NCBI GenBank assembly: GCA_963741085.1
Contig: CAVUGM010000006.1
Location: forward strand, 1,229,144-1,293,143
DNA: 64,000 bases
Reading direction: 5' to 3'
Origin: an uncultured Chloroflexia bacterium
Lineage (GTDB): Bacteria > Chloroflexota > Limnocylindria > Limnocylindrales > CSP1-4
Position numbers and translations under genes: made by a program. This document shows positions 34,349 through 45,209 of the stretch, piece by piece. How positions within the stretch are numbered: position 1 is the stretch's first letter; every line of letters begins with the position of its first letter. The notes under the pieces were generated by a model. The model did no database searches. It saw only the letters and a list, made by a program, of their open reading frames with translations, and had not been told where the DNA came from.

Positions 34349-35131
34349 TCATGGAGTCGGCCGTGCTCCTTCCCGGGCCCCCGCAGCCGGCGCGACGACG
34401 ACCTGGACGCCGCGGGCCCGGAGGCTAACGACATCGGCCGGGTGGACGTTCGCGTCCGTGACCACGACGTCGACCTCGTCGAGGTCGAAGACGAAGGCCG
34501 GGGCAACCTGGGCGAGCTTGCTCGAATCGGCGAGGACGACGCAGCGCCGCGCGCTCCGGCGCAGGGCCCGGTCGGTGAGGATCTCCGGGATCGAGTCGTT
34601 CATGAGGCCGCGCTCGGGATCGATGGCGCCGATCCCCATGAAGAGGGTGTCCGCCCGCAGCTCGCGCAACGACAGCTCGGCAAGGTGGCCCAGCGTCGAG
34701 TGCATCCGCGGCCGCACGACGCCGCCAAGGACGACGAGCTCGATCCCGGCCCGGTCGAGGAGGACGGAGACGACGTCGAGGGCATTCGTGATCACCGTCA
34801 GGCGCCGGTCCACGAGGCAGCGGGCCAGCTCGAGGGTCGTGGAGCCGCTCGAGATCGCGATCGTGTTGCCGTCCTCGACGAGGGTCGCGGCGGCCGCGGC
34901 GATGGCCCGCTTCGCAGTGGCCATCGGGCCGACCGCGCTCGGTGTCGAGCTGCCGGCGATGGCGGCGCCCCCGTACGTCCGGACGAGGGCTCCCCCGTCC
35001 TCGAGGCGCGCCAGGTCGCGACGGATCGTGGATTCGGTGACGCCGAGCTCTCGGGCGAGGGTGGCGACGCTGGCGCGGCCGTCCCGCTGCAGGCGCCGGA
35101 CGAGATGGCTGCGACGATCGACACGCGGCAT
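34349..35131 (-). CDS. DeoR family transcriptional regulator
   Basis: The HTH is RASVATLARELGVTESTIRRDLARLE, with a DeoR C-terminal sensor domain. ATG 35131 (MPRVDRRSHLV) is preferred over the ORF-track start 35191. Confidence 0.85.
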   Translation of the reverse strand: MPRVDRRSHLVRRLQRDGRASVATLARELGVTESTIRRDLARLEDGGALVRTYGGAAIAGSSTPSAVGPMATAKRAIAAAAATLVEDGNTIAISSGSTTLELARCLVDRRLTVITNALDVVSVLLDRAGIELVVLGGVVRPRMHSTLGHLAELSLRELRADTLFMGIGAIDPERGLMNDSIPEILTDRALRRSARRCVVLADSSKLAQVAPAFVFDLDEVDVVVTDANVHPADVVSLRARGVQVVVAPAAGAREGARPTP

Positions 35132-35258
35132 GCGTGCATCGTCGTTCGCGATCTGCGCGACGTCAATGCCCGTCCTGCGCGATTTGCGCAACTTGGCGGC
35201 TCATCGTGCTCCCCTCTGCCGGCGACCGGGACGGAGACCACGAGACGCTGCCCCCGCC

Positions 35259-35726
35259 CTATCCCGCCGCCAGGCGCTCGAGGCGCGCCCGCAGGCGGCG
35301 GATCGCCCGGCGGTCCGGGCAGGCGACGAAGACCGTGTCGTCGCCGGCCAGCGACCCGATCACCTCGGGCCAGCGGGCCCGGTCGAGCGATGCGGCGATG
35401 GCGTGGGCGGAACCCGGAAGCGTCACGAGGACCAGGATGAGGCCCGCCTCGCGCATCTCGACCGGCACGTCGCGGAACAGGTGCCGGAGGCGCAGCTCGC
35501 CGGTCGGGTCGGCGTCGGCCAGGCGTGGCGGCAGGGCGTAGATGGAGACCCCGTCACGGTGCGCCTTGACGAGCTGGAGCTCGGCGACGTCGCGACTGAT
35601 CGTCGCCTGGGTCGTGCGGAATCCCCGCTCGCGGAGGGCCGAGGCGAGCTCCTGCTGGGTGCGGATCGGGCGCTGCTCGACGAGGTCCCGGATCGCCCGC
35701 TGCCGGAGCTGCTTCATGACCACCAC
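35259..35726 (-). CDS. argR: arginine repressor
   Basis: Intact ORF. The winged HTH is TQQELASALRERGFRTTQATISRDVAEL and the C-terminal oligomerisation motif is GSLAGDDTVFV. Confidence 0.9.
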   Translation of the reverse strand: MVVMKQLRQRAIRDLVEQRPIRTQQELASALRERGFRTTQATISRDVAELQLVKAHRDGVSIYALPPRLADADPTGELRLRHLFRDVPVEMREAGLILVLVTLPGSAHAIAASLDRARWPEVIGSLAGDDTVFVACPDRRAIRRLRARLERLAAG

Positions 35727-35745
35727 GGCCGGCCCCGGCCCTTCC

Positions 35746-36573
35746 CTAGGCCGCCAGGAAGTAGACGATCACGATCGCCGCGACCACCAGGCGGTAGGCG
35801 ACGAAGACGGTCATGGCGTGGCTCCGCAGGTAGCGCAGGAGCCAGGCGATCGCGAAGAAGCCCGAGACGGTCGCGGCCGCGAAGCCGGCCACCAGCGGGC
35901 CGACCTCGACGGACACGCCCGCCTCCCCTGTGAGCAGCTTCCTGACCTCCCACAGGCCCGCCCCGGCGATGACCGGCGTGGCCATGAGGAACGAGAAGCG
36001 GGCCGCGGCCTCGCGGGTGAGGCCGAGTCCCAGGCCGGCGCTGATCGAGATCCCGGAACGGCTGATCCCGGGGATCAGGGCCAGGGCCTGGGCGAGGCCG
36101 ATCAGGAACGCTCCGCCGAAGCCAAGGCGCTCCATCTCGTCCGTCCTGCGGCCGAGCCGGTCGGCGGCCCACAGGATGCCGGCCCCGATGACCATCATCG
36201 CCGCGACGAGCGCCGGCTGGCGGACCTTCGCCTCGAAGAAGTCATTGAGGAGGACGCCGAAGATGATCGCCGGCGGCAGCGTGACCACGATCAGCCACGC
36301 GAGGCGGCGCTCCGGGTCGCCGCGGAAGGAGCGGTCGCGGATCGTAGCCAGCCCGGCCGGTATCAGGCGAGCCCAGTCGCGCCAGAAGTAGGCGAGGAGC
36401 GCAACGAGCGTGCCCAGGTGAAGAACGACCGCGAAGGCGAGCGAGGTGATGAACGGGTCGGTCCACCCGAGCAGGTACGGGACGACGACGAGGTGGCCGG
36501 ACGAGGAGATCGGCAGGAACTCGGTGAGTCCCTGCACGATCCCGAGGACGATCGCCTGGAGGATGGTGTCCAT
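35746..36573 (-). CDS. uppP: undecaprenyl-diphosphate phosphatase
   Basis: Intact 275-aa ORF. MDTILQAIVLGIVQGLTEFLPISSSGHL and PGISRSGISI are BacA/UppP motifs. Confidence 0.95.
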   Translation of the reverse strand: MDTILQAIVLGIVQGLTEFLPISSSGHLVVVPYLLGWTDPFITSLAFAVVLHLGTLVALLAYFWRDWARLIPAGLATIRDRSFRGDPERRLAWLIVVTLPPAIIFGVLLNDFFEAKVRQPALVAAMMVIGAGILWAADRLGRRTDEMERLGFGGAFLIGLAQALALIPGISRSGISISAGLGLGLTREAAARFSFLMATPVIAGAGLWEVRKLLTGEAGVSVEVGPLVAGFAAATVSGFFAIAWLLRYLRSHAMTVFVAYRLVVAAIVIVYFLAA

Positions 36574-36627
36574 CGGACGTGACGGCGGGCCGCGCCCGAG
36601 GGCGCAGCCCGCCGTTCCTTGCTACGG

Positions 36628-38847
<2,220 letters not shown>

Positions 38848-39117
38848 GGGCTGGTTCTGCGACCTCCCTGTCACGCACAGCCGTCCGCGCCGGCACGACG
38901 GCCGCGCCGGGGACGTGGGATTCGTCGGTACGCCTGGGGCCCGCCGCCCTCTTGTGGGCTGGACGACGCGGCTGCTCGGGCCGCGGCCGAGTGTATCAAC
39001 TGCCCGAACGCCGGGTCAACCGGCGCATACCGGCCGGTTTATGCACATCTGCGCACGCTCGCCCGATGATCCCGACGAGGGGCGGCGGCCACCGGGTGCC
39101 CCTATACTGCCGGTCTT

Positions 39118-39723
39118 GTGACACGCCGCCCCCTCGGGTGCCTCTTCGAGATCGTCGAGACGCTCGTCCTCACTCTCATCATCTTCTTCGTCATCCAGAC
39201 CTTCGTCGCTCAGCCCTACCGGGTCGAGCAGCAGTCGATGGAGCGGACGCTCGAGCCGGACCAGTACGTGCTGGTCGACAAGCTGACGCCTCGAATCGAC
39301 GCCTACTCGCGGGGCGACATCGTGGTCTTCGAGCCGCCGGAGGCCTGGGTCCAGGGCGGGCCCAGGACGCCGTTCATCAAGCGCGTCATCGGCCTGCCCG
39401 GCGAGACGATCGAGATCAAGGAGGGTGGCGTGTATGTCGACGGCACCCGACTCGATGAGCCCTACGTCTACGACCTCCAGCCGACCACCACGAACGAGCA
39501 GCCCGCGCGCTGGGTGGTCCCGGCCGGCGAGCTCTTCGTGATGGGCGACCACCGCGAGGCATCGGCGGACTCGCGCGCGTTCGGGCCGATCGAGGTCAGC
39601 GCCGTCATCGGACGGGCGTGGCTCCGCTACTGGCCCATCTCCACCCTGGGGATCCTCCAGACGCCCCAATACCCGGCTCCGGTCGGGAACGGCGATCCGA
39701 GGCCAAGCCCGACCGCGCCGTGA
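39118..39723 (+). CDS. lepB: signal peptidase I
   Basis: Intact 201-aa ORF with a GTG start. It has a TM anchor, the catalytic Ser context VEQQSMERTL, IKRVIGLPGETIEI, and GDHREASADSR. Confidence 0.9.
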   Translation: MTRRPLGCLFEIVETLVLTLIIFFVIQTFVAQPYRVEQQSMERTLEPDQYVLVDKLTPRIDAYSRGDIVVFEPPEAWVQGGPRTPFIKRVIGLPGETIEIKEGGVYVDGTRLDEPYVYDLQPTTTNEQPARWVVPAGELFVMGDHREASADSRAFGPIEVSAVIGRAWLRYWPISTLGILQTPQYPAPVGNGDPRPSPTAP

Positions 39724-40379
39724 CCTGGCTTCTCGTCGGGGCCGGTGTCGTCGTCGCGGTCGGGGCGATGATCGCCGTCGCGGCGCGAGATCCGCGCCTG
39801 GCCGCTGGCGGCGCGCTTGTGGCGCTGGTCTTCTCCCCATTCGTGGCCGATCCGCTCCCGGGAACACCCGAGCTCGCGTTCCGGTTGGTCGCCGGCGTCC
39901 TTGCCGCCTACCTGCTGGTGGTGGCTGCTCGCCACGCTGGCGACGTCGTCGCGCCGCCGCTCGGAGTGCCGGCCACCATCGCCGCGGGCGCCGCGGCGTT
40001 CGTCGCCGGGCTCGGATCCAAGGCCGTCGGCCTCCCCTCGTTTGGGCCGGCGTCCGCCCTGGCGGCGGGCCTCGCCTGCCTCGTGATCGTCGTCCCGCCG
40101 CTCGCCCGGGCTACCGGGGCGTTCCGGCTCGGGACAGCCCTGGTGATCCTCCTCGGGGGCGGCCTCCTGGTCCACGACGGGATGGCCGGGACGCCTCCAC
40201 CCCTGGAGCTGCTCGCGAGCGGGCTGGCGCTCGTGCTCGTTGCCGCCGCGGCCGCCGCGCTGACGATGGCCGCGGCCCGGGCCCGGAGCGACGTCGCGGG
40301 CGAGGTGGCCCGGGATCTGGCAGCCGCGCGGCTCCCCGTCGCCATGGAAACCTCCCGGACGCGCCGGCCCCGAGCCTGA
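39720..40379 (+). CDS. polytopic membrane protein of unknown function (start GTG overlaps the lepB stop)
   Basis: GTGA overlap at 39720-39723. Translation is VTWLLVGAGVVVAVGAMIAVAARDPRLAAGGALVALVFSPFV... with about 6 hydrophobic segments. The N-terminus loosely recalls NuoJ-type subunits. Confidence 0.5.
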   Translation: MTWLLVGAGVVVAVGAMIAVAARDPRLAAGGALVALVFSPFVADPLPGTPELAFRLVAGVLAAYLLVVAARHAGDVVAPPLGVPATIAAGAAAFVAGLGSKAVGLPSFGPASALAAGLACLVIVVPPLARATGAFRLGTALVILLGGGLLVHDGMAGTPPPLELLASGLALVLVAAAAAALTMAAARARSDVAGEVARDLAAARLPVAMETSRTRRPRA

Positions 40380-40392
40380 GCCGCAGGCGCCG

Positions 40393-42099
40393 ATGAGCCT
40401 CCTGCCGTTCCTGGCCGTCACCAGTGTCGGGGCGCTCGTCGCCCTCGCGCTGCGCGGTCGGCGGCACTCCGGCACGCTCGTGGGCCTCGGAGCGGTGGCC
40501 GCGAGCCTGCTCGTCCTGGTGGCCACGACGCCCGGCGATCCACTGCTCGTCGGCGGCGGGGCGCTGGCTCTCACCGGGTACGCCCGCGTCTTCCTCGGCG
40601 TTTCGCTGATGGGGAGCCTCCTGGTGCTCACCGTGAGCCGCCTGGCAACCTGGGAACCCCTTGGGCCGGCAACCCTCCTCGTGGCTGCCGCGGGGTCGGC
40701 CGCCGCGCTCGGAATCGCGGGCGCTCCGATCGGGCTCCTCGCGGCCGGGTCGGCTGCCGCGCTCGCGGCCACGGTCGCGCTTTCACAGCCGGCGACGCCG
40801 CTCCGGGTGCGGGCGCTGGCGCGCGAGCTGCGGGGCGCGACCGTGGCGACGACGGTCGGGCTCGTGGCCGTCGGCCTCCTGCCCCAGGGGATCGGCGGCC
40901 TGGCGGCGCAGCCGCAGGTCGCCGGGCTGGCGGCCGTCGCCGCCGGCGTGGCGCTTGGTCACCGGTTCGGCGCCATCCCGCTTCACGCGCGGGTCGCCCG
41001 CCTGGGCGACGCCGCTCCGGCGTCGACGCTCCCGGCACTCATTGCGCTCCTGCCTGCCGTCTGGGCCATCGTGATCCTCGGCTGGGCGCCGGACACGCTC
41101 GGCCAGTCGACCGCGGCGATCGGGTGGGATGGGCGGCTGCTGGTCCTGTTCGGCCTCGCGTCGCTCGTGCTGGGGACGATCGCGGCCCTGATGCAGGACG
41201 ACATCCTGCGCATCGTCGCCTACAGCGTGGTCCTCGACGCCGGCGTCGTGCTGCTCGGGTACTCGTCGCTCGACCCGGCCGGGCGGGAGGCCGTGCGTGC
41301 CTGGCTCGTTCCGTTCGTCGCCAGCACGACCGCGCTGCTCGGGTGGACAATCGCCTTTCGGGCCGCGTTCTCGACGTCGCGACTGTCCGAGGCACGCGGC
41401 TGGCTCAGGCGCGCGCCGGCGCTCGGGGCGGCACTTGCCGGCATCGGAATCGCCGCCGTCGGGTGGCCCGGGTTCCTCGTCTGGGACGCCCGCCTGGCGG
41501 CGCTCCAGGCCGCAACAGCCGGGCCGGCGCTCATGGTTGCGTCGCTGGCATCCCTCGGCTCGGCGGTGGCCGTCGCGCGCATCCTCGGGGCCGGCCTCGG
41601 GCGCCCCGAGCCGCGGGTCATGTCCGCATCGGGCGAGCTCGCCCGGGTGCCGGCGGGACTGCGGGCCGCTTCCCGGGCGTTTGTGGCCCCGGGGGGCCGT
41701 CGCGCCGCGACGGTCCGGCTGGCGAGCCATGAGCTGCGCCCGCTCCTCGAGATGAATCGCACGCCGCTCCGGGCGCTGCTGGTCGTCATCCTGGCCGGGG
41801 TGGCGTTGTCGAGCGCGATCGGGGCGTTCGGCATCCGCGAGGCGGCGGCCGGGCCGGAGATCCCGATCCCCGTGGAGGCGTCCCCGTCTCCGGATCTGCT
41901 GCCCGCTGCGACGCCCGGGCCCGAGCTGCCCGCGCCCACCGACCAGGGCGTGCCGGCTCCATCGGTGGTGCCGTCGGGCGTGCCCGCGCCCACCGACCAA
42001 GGCGTGCCGGCTCCATCGGTGGTGCCGTCGGGCGTGCCCGCGTCCTCGGCCGTGCCTGCCGCTTCGGCGCCCGCACCCTCCGCGGCACCGACCCCGTAG
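40393..42099 (+). CDS. divergent NuoN/Mrp antiporter-like (proton-conducting membrane transporter fold) protein with Pro-rich repeat tail
   Basis: Intact 568-aa ORF. LGHRFGAIPLHARVARLGDAAPAS and ALMQDDILRIVAYSVVLDAGVVLLG align to the K-x-G-x-x-P-x-H-x-W and KR-L-L-A-Y-S-S-I motifs of NuoN/M/L, but the lysines are replaced. Confidence 0.6.
   Translation: MSLLPFLAVTSVGALVALALRGRRHSGTLVGLGAVAASLLVLVATTPGDPLLVGGGALALTGYARVFLGVSLMGSLLVLTVSRLATWEPLGPATLLVAAAGSAAALGIAGAPIGLLAAGSAAALAATVALSQPATPLRVRALARELRGATVATTVGLVAVGLLPQGIGGLAAQPQVAGLAAVAAGVALGHRFGAIPLHARVARLGDAAPASTLPALIALLPAVWAIVILGWAPDTLGQSTAAIGWDGRLLVLFGLASLVLGTIAALMQDDILRIVAYSVVLDAGVVLLGYSSLDPAGREAVRAWLVPFVASTTALLGWTIAFRAAFSTSRLSEARGWLRRAPALGAALAGIGIAAVGWPGFLVWDARLAALQAATAGPALMVASLASLGSAVAVARILGAGLGRPEPRVMSASGELARVPAGLRAASRAFVAPGGRRAATVRLASHELRPLLEMNRTPLRALLVVILAGVALSSAIGAFGIREAAAGPEIPIPVEASPSPDLLPAATPGPELPAPTDQGVPAPSVVPSGVPAPTDQGVPAPSVVPSGVPASSAVPAASAPAPSAAPTP
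41938..42045. repeat. 54-bp tandem duplication in the 3' end of the NuoN-like gene
   Basis: Units 41938-41991 and 41992-42045 differ at one synonymous position (CAG/CAA). They encode PAPTDQGVPAPSVVPSGV twice. Confidence 0.9.
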
Positions 42100-42133
42100 G
42101 CCGGGGCCGCCGCAGGACTCGCCACAGGTCTCG

Positions 42134-42592
42134 TCAGGCGTCCGGGGAGAGCACCCAGCGATCGACCTCGCGCGCGTACTTCAGCACGCCCTCGGGGAAC
42201 CACAGTGCGAGCTCCGCCGCGGCGGTGTCGGGGCCATCGGAGGCGTGGATCAGGTTCTGAGAGACCACCACGGCGAAATCGCCGCGAATGGTGCCGGCGG
42301 CCGCCTCCCAGGGGCGCGTCGCGCCGACCATCGAGCGCACGACCGCGATGGCATTGGGGCCCTCGACGGCGATCGCCACGAGCGGGCCCGAGGTGATGAA
42401 CTCGACGAGCCCGGCGAAGAACGGCCGCTCGCGGTGAACCGCGTAGTGCCGCTCCGCGAGCTCCCGATCGACCTGCACGAGCTTGAGGCCGACGAGCTTG
42501 AGGCCCTTGTCCTCGAAGCGCGCAATCACACGGCCGACAAGAAGGCGCTGGACACCGTCGGGCTTGATGAGGACGAGGCTGCGTTCGGTCAC
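42134..42592 (-). CDS. ndk: nucleoside diphosphate kinase
   Basis: Intact 152-aa ORF: [27 protein letters not shown]...GTIRGDFA...NLIHASD. Confidence 0.95.
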   Translation of the reverse strand: MTERSLVLIKPDGVQRLLVGRVIARFEDKGLKLVGLKLVQVDRELAERHYAVHRERPFFAGLVEFITSGPLVAIAVEGPNAIAVVRSMVGATRPWEAAAGTIRGDFAVVVSQNLIHASDGPDTAAAELALWFPEGVLKYAREVDRWVLSPDA

Positions 42593-43648
42593 TGCAGGCT
42601 CCGTGGGGCGCCGGCCGGGGCGGGCTCGAGGGCGAGACGTTCGGCCGAAGCGTAGGCGATCCGTGCCTCGTCGTGGCGCCCGGCCGCCAGCAATGCGTCG
42701 GCCCGAACGAGCGCGATGGCGGCCGCGTGCTCGGGGGGCGGCTGGGCCCCGTCGAGTGCCGCCAGCACGGTCGGGGCGGCGTCACGGTCGGCCTGCAGGG
42801 CCAGGGCCAGCAGCACCACGGCCCGGCCGGGCGCTGCGGTCAGCATCTCCGCGCCGGCACGCGCGAGCTGGGCGCCGGTCGCGGCCCGGTCGGCGGTCGC
42901 CGCCGCATCGCCCGGTCCGGCTTCCGCCTGCGTGGGCTCGGCCCAGGCCAATCCGGCCCCGGCCGCGGTTGCGGCCGCCGGGCCGCGTGGACATCGCCGG
43001 ATCGATCGCCGGATCCGGCTCGAACGGCCAGGTCGCCCTCGCCACGATCCCGGCCAGGATCGTCTCGAGCGTGCGTCGATCGCCAAGCCCGGGGGCCGCG
43101 GCATCGACGTGCGCCGTCGCATCGGCGTCGCGGCCGCGCTCGGCGGCCGCCTCGGCGCAGATGACGTGGGCGAGGACCTGGCCCGCCCCGGCATCGGAGC
43201 CGCCGTCGGCCAGCCAGGCCTCGGCAGCCGCCGCGGCGCCGGCGAGGTCGCCCGTGCGAAATCGGACCTCGGCCAGGTCGAGCACGGCGTCGGGGTCGAG
43301 GCGATCGGCACCTGCGAGGGTCTCGAGCTCCGAGCGGGCCAGCGCGTAGCTGCCGCCCCGCAGGTGCAGGCGGGCCAGCCGCAGCTCGGCGCTCCGCGCC
43401 GCCGCGCCCGATCTGCGGTCACGCTCCACGGCGGCGGCGTCCGACGTCACGTCGGGTCCGGGATGCGGAGCGTCCGGCGTCACGTCGGGTCCGGGATGCG
43501 GAGCGTCCGGCGTCACGTCGGGTCCGGGATGCGGAGCGTCCGGCGTCACGTCGGGTCCGGGATGCGGAGCGTCCGGCGTCACGTCGGGTCCGGGATGCGG
43601 AGCGTCCGGCGTCACGTCGGGTCCGGGATGCGGAGCGTCCGGCGTCAC
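42589..43648 (-). CDS. Ala-rich TPR-like protein with N-terminal (V)[10 protein letters not shown] x7 repeat (one frameshift near 42975; true start uncertain)
   Basis: ORF 42782..43648 carries the repeats, then [23 protein letters not shown]...[24 protein letters not shown]. The protein continues in ORF 42589..43422 ([21 protein letters not shown]). The stop overlaps the ndk ATG. Confidence 0.5.
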
Positions 43649-43676
43649 GTCGGGTCCGGGATGCGGAGCGTCCGCG
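43446..43676. repeat. 33-bp tandem repeat, 6 perfect copies plus a seventh matching 31/33
   Basis: I checked the unit GTCACGTCGGGTCCGGGATGCGGAGCGTCCGGC copy by copy (43446, 43479, 43512, 43545, 43578, 43611, 43644). There are no spacers. Confidence 0.95.
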
Positions 43677-44919
43677 CCAGCGAGCGGCCCTTGCCGGGCG
43701 GAGCCACCACGGCCAGCCGAAGGCCGTCGTCATGGAAGAGCCGGCCCGCCAGCGCGCGCACCTCGTCCGCCGTCACCGCGTCGATGGCGACCAGCGCCTC
43801 GTCGGGCGTCATGACCCGGTCGTGGAGCGCCTCCTGCGTCCCGATCCACGACGCCAGGTACCGCGTCTCGTCGAGGCGCAGCTCGAGACGTCCGGCGAGG
43901 TAGGCCTTCACCTTGGCGAGCTCCGCGTCCGGCACGGCCACGTCGCGGAGACGCGCGAGCTCCTCGAGGATCGCGGCGATCGTCGGCCGGATCTTGCCGG
44001 GGTCGACGCCCGCGTACACCGACACGACGCCGGCATCCGCATAGCTGACGATCGAGCTCCCCACGTCGTAGGCCAGGCCGCGCTCCTCGCGCACCTCCAG
44101 GAAGAGGCGGCTCGACATGCCGTCTCCGAGGACGGCGTTCAGGACCGAGAGGATCCACTGGTCGTCGTGGTCGCGGCGGAGGCCCGGGACGCCCACCACG
44201 AGCTGGACCTGGGTGGTGGCACGCGTGGCCCGCACGAACCGCTCGCCGGCCGGGATCTGCGGCGCGGGCGCGTAAGCGGGGATCTCGCCGTCGCCGGTCC
44301 CGAACGCCCCCGCCGCCATGTCGACGAAGGCGTCGTGGGCGAGATCGCCGGAGGCGGCGACGACGACGTTCGCCGGCCGGTAGTAGGTGCGCCAGAAGCG
44401 GTGGATTGCGTCGGCCGGCAGGAGCCGCACGCTCTCCTCGGTGCCGGCGATCTCCCGGCCCAGCGGAGTGTCGTCGAAGACGGCGAGGTCGAAAAGGACG
44501 TTCACGTGCTCGGCCGGGTCGTCCAGGTAGGACCGGATCTCCTCGACGATGACGTCGCGCTCGTGCTCGATCTCCTTCTCGTCGAGCAGCGGGCGCGCCA
44601 CGAGCTCGCCGAGGACGTGCATCGCGAGGTCGGCATGGCGGCGGGGAACGCGGACGTAGTAGACGGTGGTCTCGCGGTCGGTCGAGGCGTTGAACGTGCC
44701 GCCGATTCCCTCCACGGCCTCGGAGAGCGCCCGGGTCGTGGGGAACGCCGCCGTCCCCTTGAACGTCAGGTGCTCCATGAAGTGGGCGCAGCCGGCCTGG
44801 TCGGCGGCCTCGTGCCGGGAGCCGGCGAGGACGTGGGCCTCGATCGTGACCGACCGGGAGCCCGTCAGCCTGGAGGTGATGACGCGCGGCCCGTCGGGCA
44901 GCGCCGTGCGCTCGAACAT
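43645..44919 (-). CDS. M16 family (pitrilysin-like) zinc peptidase
   Basis: From ATG 44919: MFERTALPDGPRVITSRL... with the inverted zinc motif HFMEHLTFKGT. The frame is intact. The last 9 codons and the stop lie inside the first 33-bp repeat unit. Confidence 0.9.
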   Translation of the reverse strand: MFERTALPDGPRVITSRLTGSRSVTIEAHVLAGSRHEAADQAGCAHFMEHLTFKGTAAFPTTRALSEAVEGIGGTFNASTDRETTVYYVRVPRRHADLAMHVLGELVARPLLDEKEIEHERDVIVEEIRSYLDDPAEHVNVLFDLAVFDDTPLGREIAGTEESVRLLPADAIHRFWRTYYRPANVVVAASGDLAHDAFVDMAAGAFGTGDGEIPAYAPAPQIPAGERFVRATRATTQVQLVVGVPGLRRDHDDQWILSVLNAVLGDGMSSRLFLEVREERGLAYDVGSSIVSYADAGVVSVYAGVDPGKIRPTIAAILEELARLRDVAVPDAELAKVKAYLAGRLELRLDETRYLASWIGTQEALHDRVMTPDEALVAIDAVTADEVRALAGRLFHDDGLRLAVVAPPGKGRSLARTLRIPDPT

Positions 44920-45209
44920 CGGGCCGAAGGGTACCGGAAACGGGGCCCGGGCCGGCTGCCGTCTCGCCGGGCCCCTGCGACGCCGGTTCTCCAGGCCCCG
45001 CGTCAGGTTACCGATCGGCAACGTTCGAGGGACCGACCCGACCCCCGAACAGGGCGCAACGGCCCTTCGGCGGCACCGCGCGCGGACTATCCTTGCGGGG
45101 CCTGATCCGGTCGGAGCCGAGGGCCCGCGACCGAACGGCTGGAAGCGCCGCCGCGCACCGTGTGCGCCAGGCTGGCCCGCCTCGGTGACCGCTTGGAGGA
45201 GAGGACACG

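Noticed and set aside
43446-43676. Could the 33-bp repeat array be a CRISPR array?
   Set aside because: The units are directly adjacent with no spacers, no cas genes are in the window, and the array is in frame with flanking coding sequence. It is a tandem (VNTR-like) repeat.
45000-45209. Possible riboswitch in the 210-nt leader of the BMP-type ABC transporter operon
   Set aside because: I compared it by eye with purine, ZTP/pfl, guanidine-I and PRPP-type consensus elements and found no convincing match. It may be just a promoter region shared with the divergent M16 peptidase gene.
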